Shown piece after piece: positions 1 through 11,650 of a stretch of 64,000 nucleotides of DNA; the first letter of the stretch is position 1; every line of letters begins with the position of its first letter. Under the pieces are notes generated by a model. It saw nothing but the letters and a program-made list of their open reading frames with translations. It made no database searches and was not told where the DNA came from. The DNA lies in assembly GCF_030028105.1 (NCBI RefSeq), contig NC_092374.1:179941487-180005486 (forward strand), given 5' to 3'. This DNA is from Mobula birostris. Its lineage: Eukaryota. Both the position numbers and the translations under genes were made by a program.

Positions 1-523
1 TGTGAACAGTTTGGGCCCCTCATATAAGATTGGTGACGGTCCAGTGGACATTTCACAAGGATGATTCTGTGAATGAAAGGGTCATCGTATGAGGTATGTT
101 TGATGGCTTTGGGTTAGCACTCACTAGAATTTAGAAGGATGAGGGGGGGGATCTCATTGAAACCTTTCAAATGTTGATTAGCCTAGACAGAGTAGATGTG
201 GAAAGGGTGTTTCCCATAATGGGGGAGTCTAGGACAAGAGGGCAGAGCCTCAGGCTAGAGGGGCATCCATTTAAAACAGACATGGAGAATTTTTTTTCAG
301 CTAGAGGGTGGTGAATTTGTGGTATTCATTACCACAGACAGCAATGGAGGACAGGTTGTCGGATGTATTTAAGGCTGTGGATGGGAAACGACATCAGAGG
401 TTACAGGGATAAGGCTGGGGAATGGGGTTGAGGAGGGGGGGAATAAAACGATCAGGCAAGGTTGAATGGCGACACAGACTCGATGGGCCAAGTGGCCTAA
501 TTCTGCTCCTGTGTCTTGTGGTG
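1..523 (+). mobile_element. CR1 LINE 3' fragment (degenerate)
   Basis: Remnants of CR1 ORF2 C-terminus (FTRMI..MKG..YE, LEFRRM, RVVNLW) and the CR1 3' tail ggcctaattctgctcct...cttgtggt. Confidence 0.85.
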
Positions 524-789
524 ACAATAATACACTAATTACCAATATCATTACAATGTAGGAGCCTATTTGGCCTAGTCCTGTCCTGCCCTCCCACTTA
601 CTTCACTGCTCTCACACCATTCACTCCCTCCCCTCCACACCCGATTCCCCCAGAAGCTGCCTGGAGCAGCCAATTAATTTACCAACCTGCTGATGTGACC
701 TTCCCACTATTCAGGACATTTACAGTGACAGGTGCGTAAAGGGCCCGAAGGATCATTGGGGACCCAAATCACCCGACCACAAACTGCTC

Positions 790-1058
790 CAGCTGTTACT
801 ATCTGGAAAATGGTACCGCAGCATAAAAGCCAGGACCAACAGGCTCCGAGACAGATCCTTCCACCAGGCCAACAGACTGATTCATTCACGCTGATACAAT
901 TGTATTTCTATGCTATATTGATGGTCCTGTTGTACATACTATTTATTACAGATGTCTATAAATTGCACATTGCGCATTTAGACGGAGACATAACGTAAAA
1001 ATTTTTACTCCTCATGTGTGTGCAGGATGTAAGTAATAAAGTCAATTCAATTCAATTG
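790..1058 (+). mobile_element. Rex1/Babar-type LINE 3' end
   Basis: RYRSIKARTNRLRD-like remnant followed by aataaagtcaattcaattcaatt tail. Confidence 0.65.
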
Positions 1059-1842
1059 TTTGGAACGTGGGAAGAAACCGGGACACCTGGGGAAAATACA
1101 CACAGTCACAGGGAAAACATGAAAACTCCACACGCACAGACAGTGCCAGAGGTTGGGATTAAATCTTTATCACTGGAGTTGTGACTATCACTTGGTTACC
1201 CCGTGCCTCTAAAACCTCATGCACACAGAGAGAAAAACAGACCCTTCGGCCCAGTGAGTCCATGCCGACCCTCAACCACCCATTTAAGCTGATCCCATTT
1301 TATTCTCCCCACATTCCCAGAACTCCCCCCCCACCAGATTCTGCCACTTGTCCCCTCCCCCCGCACTAGAGACAACTCCCAGCAGCCAATTCACAAGGAG
1401 GTCAGCACATTGTTAGTACACAGAAGCCACTGGATGAAACCCATGCAGGCACAGGGAGAACATGCAAATGCCACACAGATTGCTACCATCAGGGAGGAGG
1501 TACAGGAGCCTGACGACTTGCACTCACACTCTTAGGGCCGGCTTCTTCCCCTCTGCCATCAGATTTCTGAACACTACCCCACTATTCCTCTCTTGCACTG
1601 TTTAATTATTTTTCTATTGGAACTTCTGGTAATTCTTTAATGTCTTGCACCACTGTACTGCTGCCAGATGCCACAAATTCCACAATGTGTCCGGGACAAC
1701 AAACCTGGTTCGAACGGCACTGGAGGTCGGAACTGAACTCAAAGCAGTGCCTTTCCCCAGTACACCAAATGAATCAATGCAAACCGACTACAACTGACAT
1801 CACCTGCTCGACAATCACATCCTTGTGGTCACGGTTACTCAC

Positions 1843-1997
1843 TTGTTCGCCCATTGTACATTCGTCCTTCTCCGAGGTCAATGAGGTCAAACAGGAGGTA
1901 GCCGAGGAGACAGATGATCAGCCCACAGCCAAAGAGCTGCTGAGGAGCGAGACGGGTCTGGTCCACGTACCACCAGATGACGACAAATACACAAACA
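1843..1997 (-). CDS. PIGC: PIGC coding exon 3 (GPI-GlcNAc transferase subunit C)
   Basis: Acceptor ttgccccgcag|, donor |gtgagt; encodes (S)[51 protein letters not shown], matching human [19 protein letters not shown]...LIGYVLFDLIDGGEGR (recalled); phase fits exon 2. Remaining exons are outside the window. Confidence 0.93.
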
Positions 1998-3196
1998 CTG
2001 CGGGGCAAGAAGCATAGAGATGAGAACCGGGGACACAAAAGGGGCACGAGTGTGGTGAAAGTTGTCAAGAGTGGGTGAGTGCGTACTCTGCTGGCACGAT
2101 TTAATGGGTTGCATGCCACAGTGGCTGGGGCAGCTTCCACAATCAGAATCAGGTTGATTATCACTAACGTTACGTGAAATTTGTTTTGTAACAGCAATAT
2201 AATGCAAAGACAAAAATTTACTGTTTCTGTAATTATATAGTGCAAACAGACATAGTGAGGTGAGCCACATTTTAATGGTTCATGGAAATGGCTTTGATGA
2301 AGTTATATGTGTAAAGTTTCCTCATGACACATTGAATTAAGTTGTGAAGAGGGCATTAAGAAGCTACAAAGCTTAGGTAAGCCTGGTGCTGGCAGCTGGA
2401 GCATGATAAGGGAAAATAAGAAACTGAGTTATCCGTCAGAAAAAAAAACCATTATCTGAAGGGTGTACGATCTGCAGAGCTGTGAGGTATTTTTAGGATC
2501 TTAGTACCTGTGTAGATGTCAGGTACAAAAAGTAATTAGGATGAAACAACAGACCATGTTAACTTATTGCTAGAGGAATTTAGTACAAAGGCGAGAAGAT
2601 TTTGCTTCAGTAAGGCGGGAGAGTGAGACACCAATTGTACCTGCAGAGGAAGAGACACCACCTGTACGCAGGGGGATTTCATGTGACACAACAGCTGGAG
2701 TAACAATAACAAACCGGCCTTCAAATCAAACTCTGGGATGCAAATTATCATTATTCTCGAATATAAAAGCCCATCTGTTACCCCAGGGCTGGAAGACCGC
2801 AGTTCTTTCCCACACCTCACTACACATCGTGGGCTGATTCTTAAACACCCAGAGTAGCAGTTGAGCACCCTGATCAGTTCACGGCCAACCAGTGATGGAC
2901 GACGAATGCCAGCATTCCACATCTCCCAAATCCTGAAACTCAAACAAATCAAACACACGCACCAAAGGATTGCACAGTGATTCAGCAGGAAGAGTCGCTG
3001 CTTCACATCTCCAGAGACCCAGGTATAAGGTCAGTACGTAGTCCCTGTGACCATGCAGGATCTCCTCCCGGGCGTTCCAAAGAGACAGCTGTAACTGACC
3101 CCTTATTTTGCAGCTGAGTGGAGAACGTGCAGGGGTGGTTGGAAGTAAAACTGGTTTAGTGTAGAGACGTAGATATTTATTTTATTACTTGTGCCA

Positions 3197-3408
3197 AATA
3201 GGCCTTTCTGGCCCTTCAACCCACACCACCCAGGAATCCCGATCTAATCCGAGCCTAATCACGGAACAATTTACAATGACCAATTAACCTACCAACCGGT
3301 ACGTCTTTGGACTGTGGGAGAAAACCCACGTGGTCACGGGGAGAACGTACCCACTCCTCACAGTGCAGACATGTGCTGTAAAGCGTTGTGCTAACCACAG
3401 TACCGTGC
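3197..3408 (-). mobile_element. HE1-type tRNA-derived SINE
   Basis: Reverse complement carries the gtacgttctccccgtgacc...tcccacagtccaaagacgtac...ggttaattggtcattgtaaattg core; related copies near 1060-1205, 21050-21290, 22300-22585, 49530-49640, 51030-51235 and 58770-58950. Confidence 0.75.
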
Positions 3409-3519
3409 GTGTCAGATGTCTGTATATCTAAAATGCACATCACACGCACAGAAATAGCACATCCCAGACCAGCCCCCTACCCCACTCCTTCACGTCCCCT
3501 CACCCCCACGCGTGCTTAC

Positions 3520-3589
3520 CTGGAGAGCTGCTGGATAACTACACTGGATTCAAGCACCACCGACCAATACTGGTACTGCCGCACGTAAA
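3520..3589 (-). CDS. PIGC: PIGC coding exon 2
   Basis: Acceptor ctgtgtttcag|, donor |gtaagc; 70 nt encoding (I)[22 protein letters not shown](S), matching human [24 protein letters not shown]; phase 1 in, phase 2 out. Confidence 0.93.
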
Positions 3590-4337
3590 CTGAAACACAG
3601 AATCAGGGCAGTGAGACAAGGACAGGAAACCCTGCTCTGAGGATGTGACCTGGACGATCTCTCTCCCTGCTCCTCTCCTCACAACCCTGTGACTTCCGTC
3701 TTGGGTTCCCACTTCCTCTTTCTGGAGCTTTCGCTGAAACACGGGTTTCACCATGCTTCCAGTTAAATTTTTGAATCTCTTTCTCGACGCCTATTTTGTT
3801 TGCCTGTCAGTTCAGATCTGTGTTCTCTGGACACAAGTGGAACAGGCTGCCCTGCAGTAGCGTGGGATTGGGATGGCAGTGGGTTCAACAGCACTCCCGA
3901 CTTCACCCTCTCCAAGTCCTTTGCCCTCTTTCTTTACAGCTCATTCCCTCTTCTCTCTCCAACTGCCTTCTGTCTGGTGGGAAATGCTGAAATCTGTGGT
4001 AGTCTGAAACCAGTGAATCACCCAACTCCACCATCAGAACCTTCAAAATACCAGGGTGCTGGCGATTTACCACACTGGAGCCAAATTCATTTCTCCAACA
4101 ATTTATCACAGGAACAGGCCCCTTGACCTACAACTATACCAGAAATGATGCCAAACTGAACTGAATCTCTTGTGCTTGCATTCTCACTCACCAGTGTGTC
4201 TAACAGCATTTTATACACACTATTGTACCGGTTCCACATCTACATCTGGCATTCGGGTCACAGTTAGGCAGTCCCTTCCCAGAACTCTGTGTAAAAATAA
4301 ATATCTGTGCCGAACAACAACCCACCCTCCCTCAACC

Positions 4338-4473
4338 ACCAGGAATTCTGCAGATGCTGGAAATTCAAGCAACACACATCAAAGTTGCTGGTGAACGCAG
4401 CAGGCCAGGCAGCATCTCTAGGAAGAGGTACAGTCGACGTTTCAGGCCGAGACCCTTCGTCAGGATTAGGTCC
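4338..4473 (-). mobile_element. Penelope-like element terminus with hammerhead core, truncated by assembly gap
   Basis: Near-identical to the terminus at 34825-34950, which is attached to a GIY-YIG C-terminal remnant. Confidence 0.75.
4431..4469 (-). ncRNA. Minimal type I hammerhead ribozyme motif (Penelope-type)
   Basis: Minus strand reads ctaatc CTGACGA agggtctcggcct GAAAC GTC gactg: intact CUGANGA/GAAA/NUH core, stem II, minimal stem III, stem I with one mismatch. Confidence 0.65.
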
Positions 4474-4612
4474 NNNNNNNNNNNNNNNNNNNNNNNNNNN
4501 NNNNNNNNNNNNNNNNNNNNNNNNNNNNNNNNNNNNNNNNNNNNNNNNNNNNNNNNNNNNNNNNNNNNNNNNNNNNNNNNNNNNNNNNNNNNNNNNNNNN
4601 NNNNNNNNNNNN
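4474..4612. other. Assembly gap (139 N)
   Basis: Run of N. Confidence 1.
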
Positions 4613-5950
4613 TCTCTTTCCCCCTCCCCGTCCCCCTCTCTTTCCCCCTCCCCTCCTCCCCTTTCTCCCCTCCCCTTTCTCTCCTCCCCCCCTTCTCCCC
4701 CTACCCCCTTCCCCCCTCCCCCCCTTCTCCCCCTCCCCCCTTCTCCCCCCTTCCCCCTCCCCCTTCTCCCCCCTTCCTTCTCCCCCTCCCCCTTCCTTCT
4801 CCCCCCTCCCCCTCCCCCCTTCTCCCCCTTCCTTCTCCCCCCTCCCCTTCCCTCCCTCCCTCCCCCCTTCCCACCCTCACCCTCCCCCCTCCTCTCCTCT
4901 CCCCTCCCCCCTCCTCTCTTCTCCCCCTCCCCCCTCCTCTCTTCTCCCCCTCCCCCCTCCTCTCTTCTCCCCCTCTCCCCCTCCCCCTCCCCCCTCCCCC
5001 TCCCCCTCCCCCCTCTCCCCCTCCCCCTCCCCCCTCTCCCTCTCCCCCCTCTCCCCCTCCCTTCTCCCCCTCCCCCCCCTCTCTTCTCCCCCTCCCCCCC
5101 CTCTCTTCTCCCCCTCCCCCTCCCCCCTCCCCCCTCTCTTCTCCCCCTNNNNNNNNNNNNNNNNNNNNNNNNNNNNNNNNNNNNNNNNNNNNNNNNNNNN
5201 NNNNNNNNNNNNNNNNNNNNNNNNNNNNNNNNNNNNNNNNNNNNNNNNNNNNNNNNNNNNNNNNNNNNNNNNNNNNNNNCCCCTCCCTTCTCCCCCTCCC
5301 CCCCTCCCCCCCTCCCCTCCTCCCCTCCCCCCTCCCCCCCTCCCCCCCTCCCCCCCTCCTCCCCTCCCCCCCTCCCCCCCCTCCTCCCCTCCCCCCCCCT
5401 CCTCCCCTCCCCCCCTCCCCTCTCTTCTCCCCCCTCTCTTCTCCCCCTCCCCCCCTCCTCCCCTCCTCCCCTCTCTTCTCCCCCCTCTCTTCTCCCCCTC
5501 CCCCCCTCTCTTCTCCCCCTCCCCCCCCTCTCTTCTCCCCCTCCCCCCCCTCTCTTCTCCCCCTCCCCCCCTCTCTTCTCCCCCTCCCCCCCTCTCTTCT
5601 CCCCCTCCCCCCCTCTCTTCTCCCCTCCCCCCCTCTCTTCTCCCCTCCCCCCTCTCTTCTCCCCCTCCCCCCCCTCTCTTCTCCCCCTCCCCCCCCTCTC
5701 TTCTCCCCCTCCCCCCCCTCTCTTCTCCCCCTCCCCCCCCTCTCTTCTCCCCCTCCCCCCCCTCTCTTCTCCCCCTCCCCCCCTCTCTTCTCCCCCTCCC
5801 CCCCTCTCTTCTCCCCCTCCCCCCCTCTCTTCTCCCCCTCCCCCCCTCTCTTCTCCCCCTCCCCCCCTCTCTTCTCCCCCTCCCCCCCTCTCTTCTCCCC
5901 CTCCCCCCCTCTCTTCTCCCCCTACCCGTCTCTCTTCTCCCCCTACCCGT
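4613..5950. repeat. Polypyrimidine/polypurine minisatellite (about 21-22 nt unit ctcttctccccctccccccct) in PIGC intron 1; contains a second gap at 5149-5279
   Basis: Almost pure C/T on + strand; G-run-rich on the PIGC sense strand. Confidence 0.95.
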
Positions 5951-5967
5951 CCTTTATTACCACTCAC

Positions 5968-6118
5968 TGTTCTTCCGCAGTTCCTCCAGGAAACTCCCAT
6001 CCACATAATTATCGGGGAACGGTTGCCGCTCGTACAACACCTTCTTCCAACGCCCGCGCCTGCAGCGAACCGCTGGGGCCGCGGGGCCCGCACTCGCCGG
6101 CTCCGGAACCGTCCTCAT
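5968..6118 (-). CDS. PIGC: PIGC coding exon 1
   Basis: ATG at 6118 with in-frame TGA two codons upstream; [50 protein letters not shown] matches human [28 protein letters not shown]; donor a|gtgagt; CpG-rich. Confidence 0.95.
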
Positions 6119-6256
6119 CAATCACCGGGGCAGCTGCGGGGCCTCCCGGCTCGCCCGGGGGATAAACGATCCTGGAACTTCAGGCGGCTGGGTCGGCTGC
6201 CCGCGGACCGGAAACTGAGGCACACTAACCGGAACTTGATGTCACCATGACAACGT
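6030..6256 (-). promoter_or_regulatory. CpG island / PIGC promoter with ETS and RFX X-box motifs
   Basis: CpG-dense; two ACCGGAA ETS/GABP-type cores near 6207 and 6228; GTCACCATGACAAC at 6241-6254 fits the RFX X-box consensus GTYNCCATGGNAAC. Confidence 0.6.
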
Positions 6257-6294
6257 TTGTAGTTTATCCAGTCTGGGGATTAAACTTCCATCAG

Positions 6295-6615
6295 ACTCAG
6301 AATCAAGTTTATTGTCACTGACATATGTCGTGAAATCTGGTGTTCTGCGGAAACACCACAGTGCATAACAGAAAAAATTACTATAACTTACAAGAAGAAA
6401 TATATATATAAAATAAATAGTGCAAAAAGAGAGCAGAATAGTGATGTAGTACTCATGGACTGTTCAGAAATCTGATGGTGGAGAGGGGAAGAAGCTATTC
6501 TTAAAACGTTGAGTGTGTGCTTTAAAGCTTCATATACCTCCTTCCTGATGGGAGCAATGAGAAGAGGGCATGTCCTGGGTGACGTTCTTTCATGACTGAT
6601 GCTACCTTTCTGAGG
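6295..6615 (-). mobile_element. Rex1/L2-type LINE 3' fragment
   Basis: cagaatcaagtttattgtcactgacatatgtcgtgaaat tail recurs at about 2143 and 62921. Confidence 0.55.
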
Positions 6616-7009
6616 CATTGCCTTTTTAAGATTCTTTTGATAGAAAGTGCTGTGTCACTGAAAACTCCTTTATTGATGAAAATATTTTTGCCTTCTCTGA
6701 AATTAACACAAAATTAAACTCAGCAATCTTGTTAAAATGTGTGTTTTAATCACTATCCTGCAGATACTCCTATACCTAGTGTCACTTTATGTTCATACAA
6801 TTAGAATACATATAATCTTATCTTATGTAGCTCTAGCTATTTTGTTGTTATTGCAGTCTTTTTTTTTGTTTTTTTCATGCTACTTCAGATGCAGAGTCAC
6901 AATCATTTCATTCTCCTTTACACTTGAATACTGAAGAATGACAATAAACAAACTTGAATCTTGAATAGATGTAAGTGAAAATAGTGGAAATTTGGTATAA
7001 AAATGGAAA

Positions 7010-7610
7010 AATAGTCGATTCCAGTAATTGGGACACATCAGGACCAGCACATTTTGGCCCAATAAAGGGCTGCTTCAATTAGCCGGTTTCTTAGAAATAG
7101 TTAAAAATGTAGAAAAAGATAAATTGAGAAACAAATTATGCATTTAAATGATATACAGAACAAATTAGAACACTATCAATACTACTACCATACTATAAAA
7201 CTGTGCATTAATTCCTAATAGTTATCAATGGAGGAATTCATCCAGTGTAAGCTGGCACTTTGATTTGATTGATTGTAACTGAACATAATCAGTGCAAGCA
7301 GCTCGTGCAAATAATGGGCGACCTTCATATAATGCTATCAATGATTTCATCTTCCAAATCTTCATTTTCATTTTACCCTTCAAGATGATTGTCGATACTT
7401 TCAAATTCTTCATATTTCCTATCTTGTTGAATTGGTGAAATTGTTTCATTTTCAGTCCCGGCTCTTTCAGGCATCTCCAAACCGGAATGCTTGAAACTGC
7501 AGTGAACAAAACAGCTCAGAATTGTCTTACTGCTTACTTCTTGCCAATTATCAGTCACAAAAATTAGGGCTTATGAACACAAACACACAGAACTGACACT
7601 ATTTATTGTG
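7010..7610 (-). mobile_element. Tigger/pogo-like DNA transposon remnant
   Basis: Minus-strand WQEVSSKTILSCFVHCSF resembles the W..V...TI.NCF...GF motif of pogo/Tigger transposases; TIR-like agtcgattccagtaattgggacac at the left end. Confidence 0.55.
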
Positions 7611-8189
7611 AAAAAGTGCCCTCTAGTTCCAGATTCCTTAGCCAGAGGAATCCTTTTTGTAAGCAGCCTGTTGAGTCCTGTCAGATTTTGTATTGTCATC
7701 TCCTCTCATTCTTCCTGACTCCAGAGAACACAGGTCTTGGCAAACACAACATTCCTGGGATCAGTTTCTTGAACATCTGCTGCTCGCCCATTGGTGACAA
7801 GTCTATCACTACTGAGAAAAAACTAGTCCAAGATTGCACATAATATTAAAGATGCAAGGTTGTGTTCAAATGTAGCAAGATATCATTAACTCCAGTCCTC
7901 AGGTCCCCTAAGAATAAAGGCCAACAGACAATTTCCCCTCAAATTACACGTTGCACCTTGATGCTGGCTTCCAGTGACTTGTGCATAAGGGCATCCTTGT
8001 CCATTTGTACATCAACACCACCCAATCTCCAACTATTAAAGAATACTCTACTTTTCTCTGACTATTTGTGCAACCTTATGGTTTTGCACATTATATCCCA
8101 TGTGCCCATGCTCTCCTCAGCTTGTCTTTATCCCCTTGAATCCTTTTACCAATAACAGACATTGTATCCCTCTCCAAAGCAGGCAGCAC

Positions 8190-9075
8190 TGTGCTACCAT
8201 CCTTAAGATGGCTTCAGGATCTTGGTCTCAATACCTCCTTGTGCAATTGGATCCTCGATTTCCTCACTTGCAGACCCCAGTCAGTTCAGAATGGCAACAT
8301 CTCTTCCATAATAATCATTTACACAGGTGCGCCACAAGGCTGTGTGCTTAGCCCTCTGCTCTACTCACTTTACACTTGCGATTGTGATGCTAAGCACAGC
8401 TCCAATGACATATTTAAGTTTGCTGATGACACCACTGTCACTGGACAAATCAAAGGTGGTGACGAATCAGCATGTAGGAAGGAGAGCAAAAATCTGGCTG
8501 AGTGGTGCCACAACAAAAACATCACACGCAATGTCCGCAAGGCCAAGGAGCTGATTATTGAGTTCAGGAGGAGGAAAACAGAGGTCCATGAGCAAAGCCC
8601 TCCCCTCCGGTGAGCACATCTACAAAGAGTGCTGTCGCAAGAAAGCGACACCTGTCATCTGGGACTCACGGCACAGGCTATGCTCTCGTCTCACTGTTGT
8701 CATTAGGAAGAAGGTGCAGGAGCCTCAGGACCAACACCATCAGGTTCAGGAGCAGTTATTACCCCTCACCTATCAGACTCACTCAACCCATCATCCAACT
8801 ATCCCCACAAACTATGGATTCACTTCCAATGGCACTTCATGTTATATTATCGATATTTATTACTTAATAAATATTATTATTTTCATTTTTCTTTTGTACT
8901 TGCGCAGTTTGTTGTCTTTTACATTGATTGTTTGTCCATTCCTTTGGGTGTGGTGTTTCATTGATTCTAATATTTCTTGGATTTACTGAGTATGTATGAA
9001 AGAAAACGAATCTTATACAGTAGTTGTATATGGTGACTTTTTTGTATTTAGATAATAAATTGACTTTGTTCTTGA
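8190..9075 (+). mobile_element. Rex1/Babar LINE, internally deleted RT fragment plus 3' end
   Basis: [15 protein letters not shown]...[20 protein letters not shown]...KFADDTTV.G...KELIIEFRR. Confidence 0.85.
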
Positions 9076-9129
9076 ACTATTAATGAATAGGGTATGTGAG
9101 CATTTGATTCATTTTTTAGCTGGCAGGAA

Positions 9130-9240
9130 AGTCGCCAGTCGGCCATCTTTGCTTTTGGCAAGGGCCGCTGTCTCTTATGGAGTATGCTTGTATCCGCCAT
9201 CTTTATTGTGGGCAGAGGCGCCAGTCACAAAGATGGCGTG
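9130..9240 (+). promoter_or_regulatory. CpG-island promoter/5' UTR of the plus-strand gene with three YY1-type motifs
   Basis: GGCCATCTTT 9141-9150, CCGCCATCTTT 9194-9204 and AAAGATGGCG 9229-9238, the last overlapping the ATG. Confidence 0.6.
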
Positions 9241-9420
9241 CGCTGGGCCGACGGATGGAGCGGTTAGCGGGCGGGCTGAGGCCGCGGCTCCGGAGTGGCG
9301 ACTGCCGCCTCGGGAGCGCTCGCTGATGGATATCGGCGACCAGCTTCACCGCTGGAATCGCGTGAAGAGCCAGCTGAATTTGCAGAGCGACGAGGCGATG
9401 GCCCGGACCCTGCTGGATGC
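9233..9420 (+). CDS. Uncharacterised tandem-module gene, exon 1 (A1)
   Basis: Kozak aagATGg in CpG island; MACAGPTDG...LMDIGDQLHRWNRVKSQLNLQSDEAMARTLLD(A); donor gc|gtgagt, phase 2. Confidence 0.85.
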
Positions 9421-10272
9421 GTGAGTGTAGGGAGAAGGAGAGGGGAGGGCTGGAGTTGGTGGATGGGGTGGAGGAGGCGGTGGGGAGGAATGGGAGAGGG
9501 AAAAGGGTGGGATGGAGTGGGCGGAGGAAAGGGAGGGGGTTGGGTAGGGAATAGGGAGGGAATGGACGGGGATGTGGGCGGGTTCAGAGTAGAGAGAGGG
9601 AGGCGGTGGGCAGAGAGGGATGAGGCTGAAGGAGGGGTGGTGTGTGGGGAGCAGTGTGGAATAGGTGGGCAGGAGTGAGGGATGGCGGGAGGGAAATGGC
9701 GAGTGGATTATAGAGGGTGAGAGTGGAATGGGGAATGGGGAGGGAGCGTCTGAGAGATTGAATGAAGTTGAGGAATGAAGGTGGACTGAGTGGGATGGAT
9801 GGAGGAAGGGGGGGTGGGGTGGACTGGAGTGACGGAAATAGGCTCCACCACTTCAGTGTTTTATTTTACTGAGGCAGTGGAGATTTGAGAAAATGAGTTT
9901 GAGAGGGTGGGTGTGGGAAATAGTGGGGTGGGTGTGTAACCACTGAAGGGTTTCCAGTGTCCCATGAGCATCTATCAGCAGGAAGGCCCAGGGATGCACG
10001 TCAGGAAGTGTGGGTCATCTGATCCTTGGTTTGCGGACACACCTTAACCTCACAGAGACGGGTTGTGAAGCATTTCACCTCTCGGTTAAACTGAAGCCTC
10101 GGACTTTCTTCAGCCCTGCGTTCCGTCCACATCTAACTCTCCATACCCCTAGGACCATTTATGGGTTCATTTATCCCCCTAGAACCAGTTATGGGTGCCA
10201 CACATAAATGAAGTGGCCCCTGGGCCCTCTTCTCTCAGGGAGCAGGAACTAACTGAAGTCTTCTTACTCCAG

Positions 10273-10373
10273 GTTTGTAAAGATCCACATGAGCCACGCC
10301 AGCCCTAGCCAGAACGAGCTTGAAGCCTCTTGCGCTGAAGAAGTTGTGGTGACTCATGCTGCCCTTGGGAAAG
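10273..10373 (+). CDS. Tandem-module gene, exon 2 (B1)
   Basis: ttcttactccag| ... aag|gtgggc; 101 nt, phase 2 to 1; FVKIHMSHASPSQNELEASCAEEVVVTHAALGK; paralogous to 22125-22222. Confidence 0.75.
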
Positions 10374-10619
10374 GTGGGCCTTACGGAAAGCATTGAAAAG
10401 TGTTCAACAGGACTTGGTGAATCTTCTCTGCACACTCTCCAGAGCAATCACCTCTTTTCTATTGTGTCCACGCACTCCACATTCCTTCCACTCCAGCCCA
10501 CCACTCCATTCATTCCTATTTTCACCCCAAACTTCCCCCCCTCCATCCTTCAAACCCAGTTCTTTGCCCTCCTCACTCTCCTCAACTAGAGGGAAAAGAA
10601 GTCCGGCTTATCTAATCTC

Positions 10620-11650
10620 TGCCCGTAAGTGAAATCCTCCAGTCCAAGCAGCATCTCCTGGACTAGAAGTGAATTTCCTCTGCAGAGCAATTTCATCTTT
10701 TCTATAGCATGATGCCTAGAAATGCATAAGAATTCCAGAGGAACTCAGCAGGCCAGGCAGCATTTTGTGTGTGTTGTTTGGGTTTCCAGCATCTGCAGAT
10801 TTTCTTTTGTTTGTCACAGAATTCCAGGTTCAATCCAACCAATGTTTTATAAAGTTGTAGCATGATGTCCAGCTCTTTTGTTCTCTGCCACGATTGATGA
10901 GGGCAGGCATCCTGTTTGCCGCCTTTGCCGCCTTGAACACTTGTGCTGCCACTTTCAAAGATCTACGGACATGTACCTCACAGTGCTTCTTTTCATCTTT
11001 ACTTGCCCTCTTCAAGCTCAGCATGTTCATACACCTTGGAAACGGACTCTACAGCCCACCGTTGGCCAAGATGCCAATCTAACCTAGTCCCAATTGCACT
11101 TGTTTCTCCCATATCCCTCAGCCTTTCCTATCCATGTACCTGTCCTAGTGTCCTTTAAATGTTGCTAATGTACCTGCTTCAGCCATTCTGGCTGCTAATT
11201 CTATGTGTAGACCACACTCTGGGTGAAAAGGTTGCCCCTCAGGTTTCTATTAAATCTCTCCCCTCTCACCTTAAACCTGTGCCCCCTGATTCCCCCATCC
11301 TGGGGAGAAAAAAATCTGTGGATGATCCGCAGGATATGCCCTCATGATTTTTACACCTGTATGTCATCTCTCCTTTTCCTATGCTCCAATGAATAAAGCT
11401 TCATAGTGATCTTCTCGGACCCCTGGTAAATCTTTTCTGCACTTTTTCCAGCAGGTGACCAAAACTGAATACGGTATTCTGAATGCGACTTATTAGTGTC
11501 TTATATAACTACTGCAAAATGTCCCAACTCGATGCCTTGACTGATGAAGGCCAGCATGCCTGATACCTTTATATGCTCCCACTTTCAGGGAACCATGTAC
11601 TCCAAGGTCTCTCTGTTCTAAAACACTCCCCACGGCCTTACAGTTCACTG
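10620..11650 (-). mobile_element. Degenerate CR1 fragments with a short Penelope-terminus insertion (10739-10817)
   Basis: CR1 C-terminal remnants (ALINRG.E.KS); the insertion is flanked by a 10-bp direct repeat agaattccag (10729-10738 and 10818-10827). Confidence 0.65.

Noticed and set aside
1835-2245. 136-aa membrane-like ORF as a standalone gene
   Set aside because: Only 1843-1997 is coding (PIGC exon 3); the rest is intron and repeat.
2536-3006. 156-aa minus-strand ORF in PIGC intron 2
   Set aside because: No recognisable motif; PIGC exons 2 and 3 already join with no missing residues; its end overlaps a CR1 remnant.
4264-6250. 600+ aa Pro-rich and Gly/Arg-rich ORFs in three frames
   Set aside because: Artefacts of a stop-free C/T minisatellite and N gaps; the real coding part is PIGC exon 1 in a different minus-strand frame.
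9295-9678. Gly/Trp-rich 127-aa ORF
   Set aside because: Alternative frame of exon 1 running into the G-rich intron.
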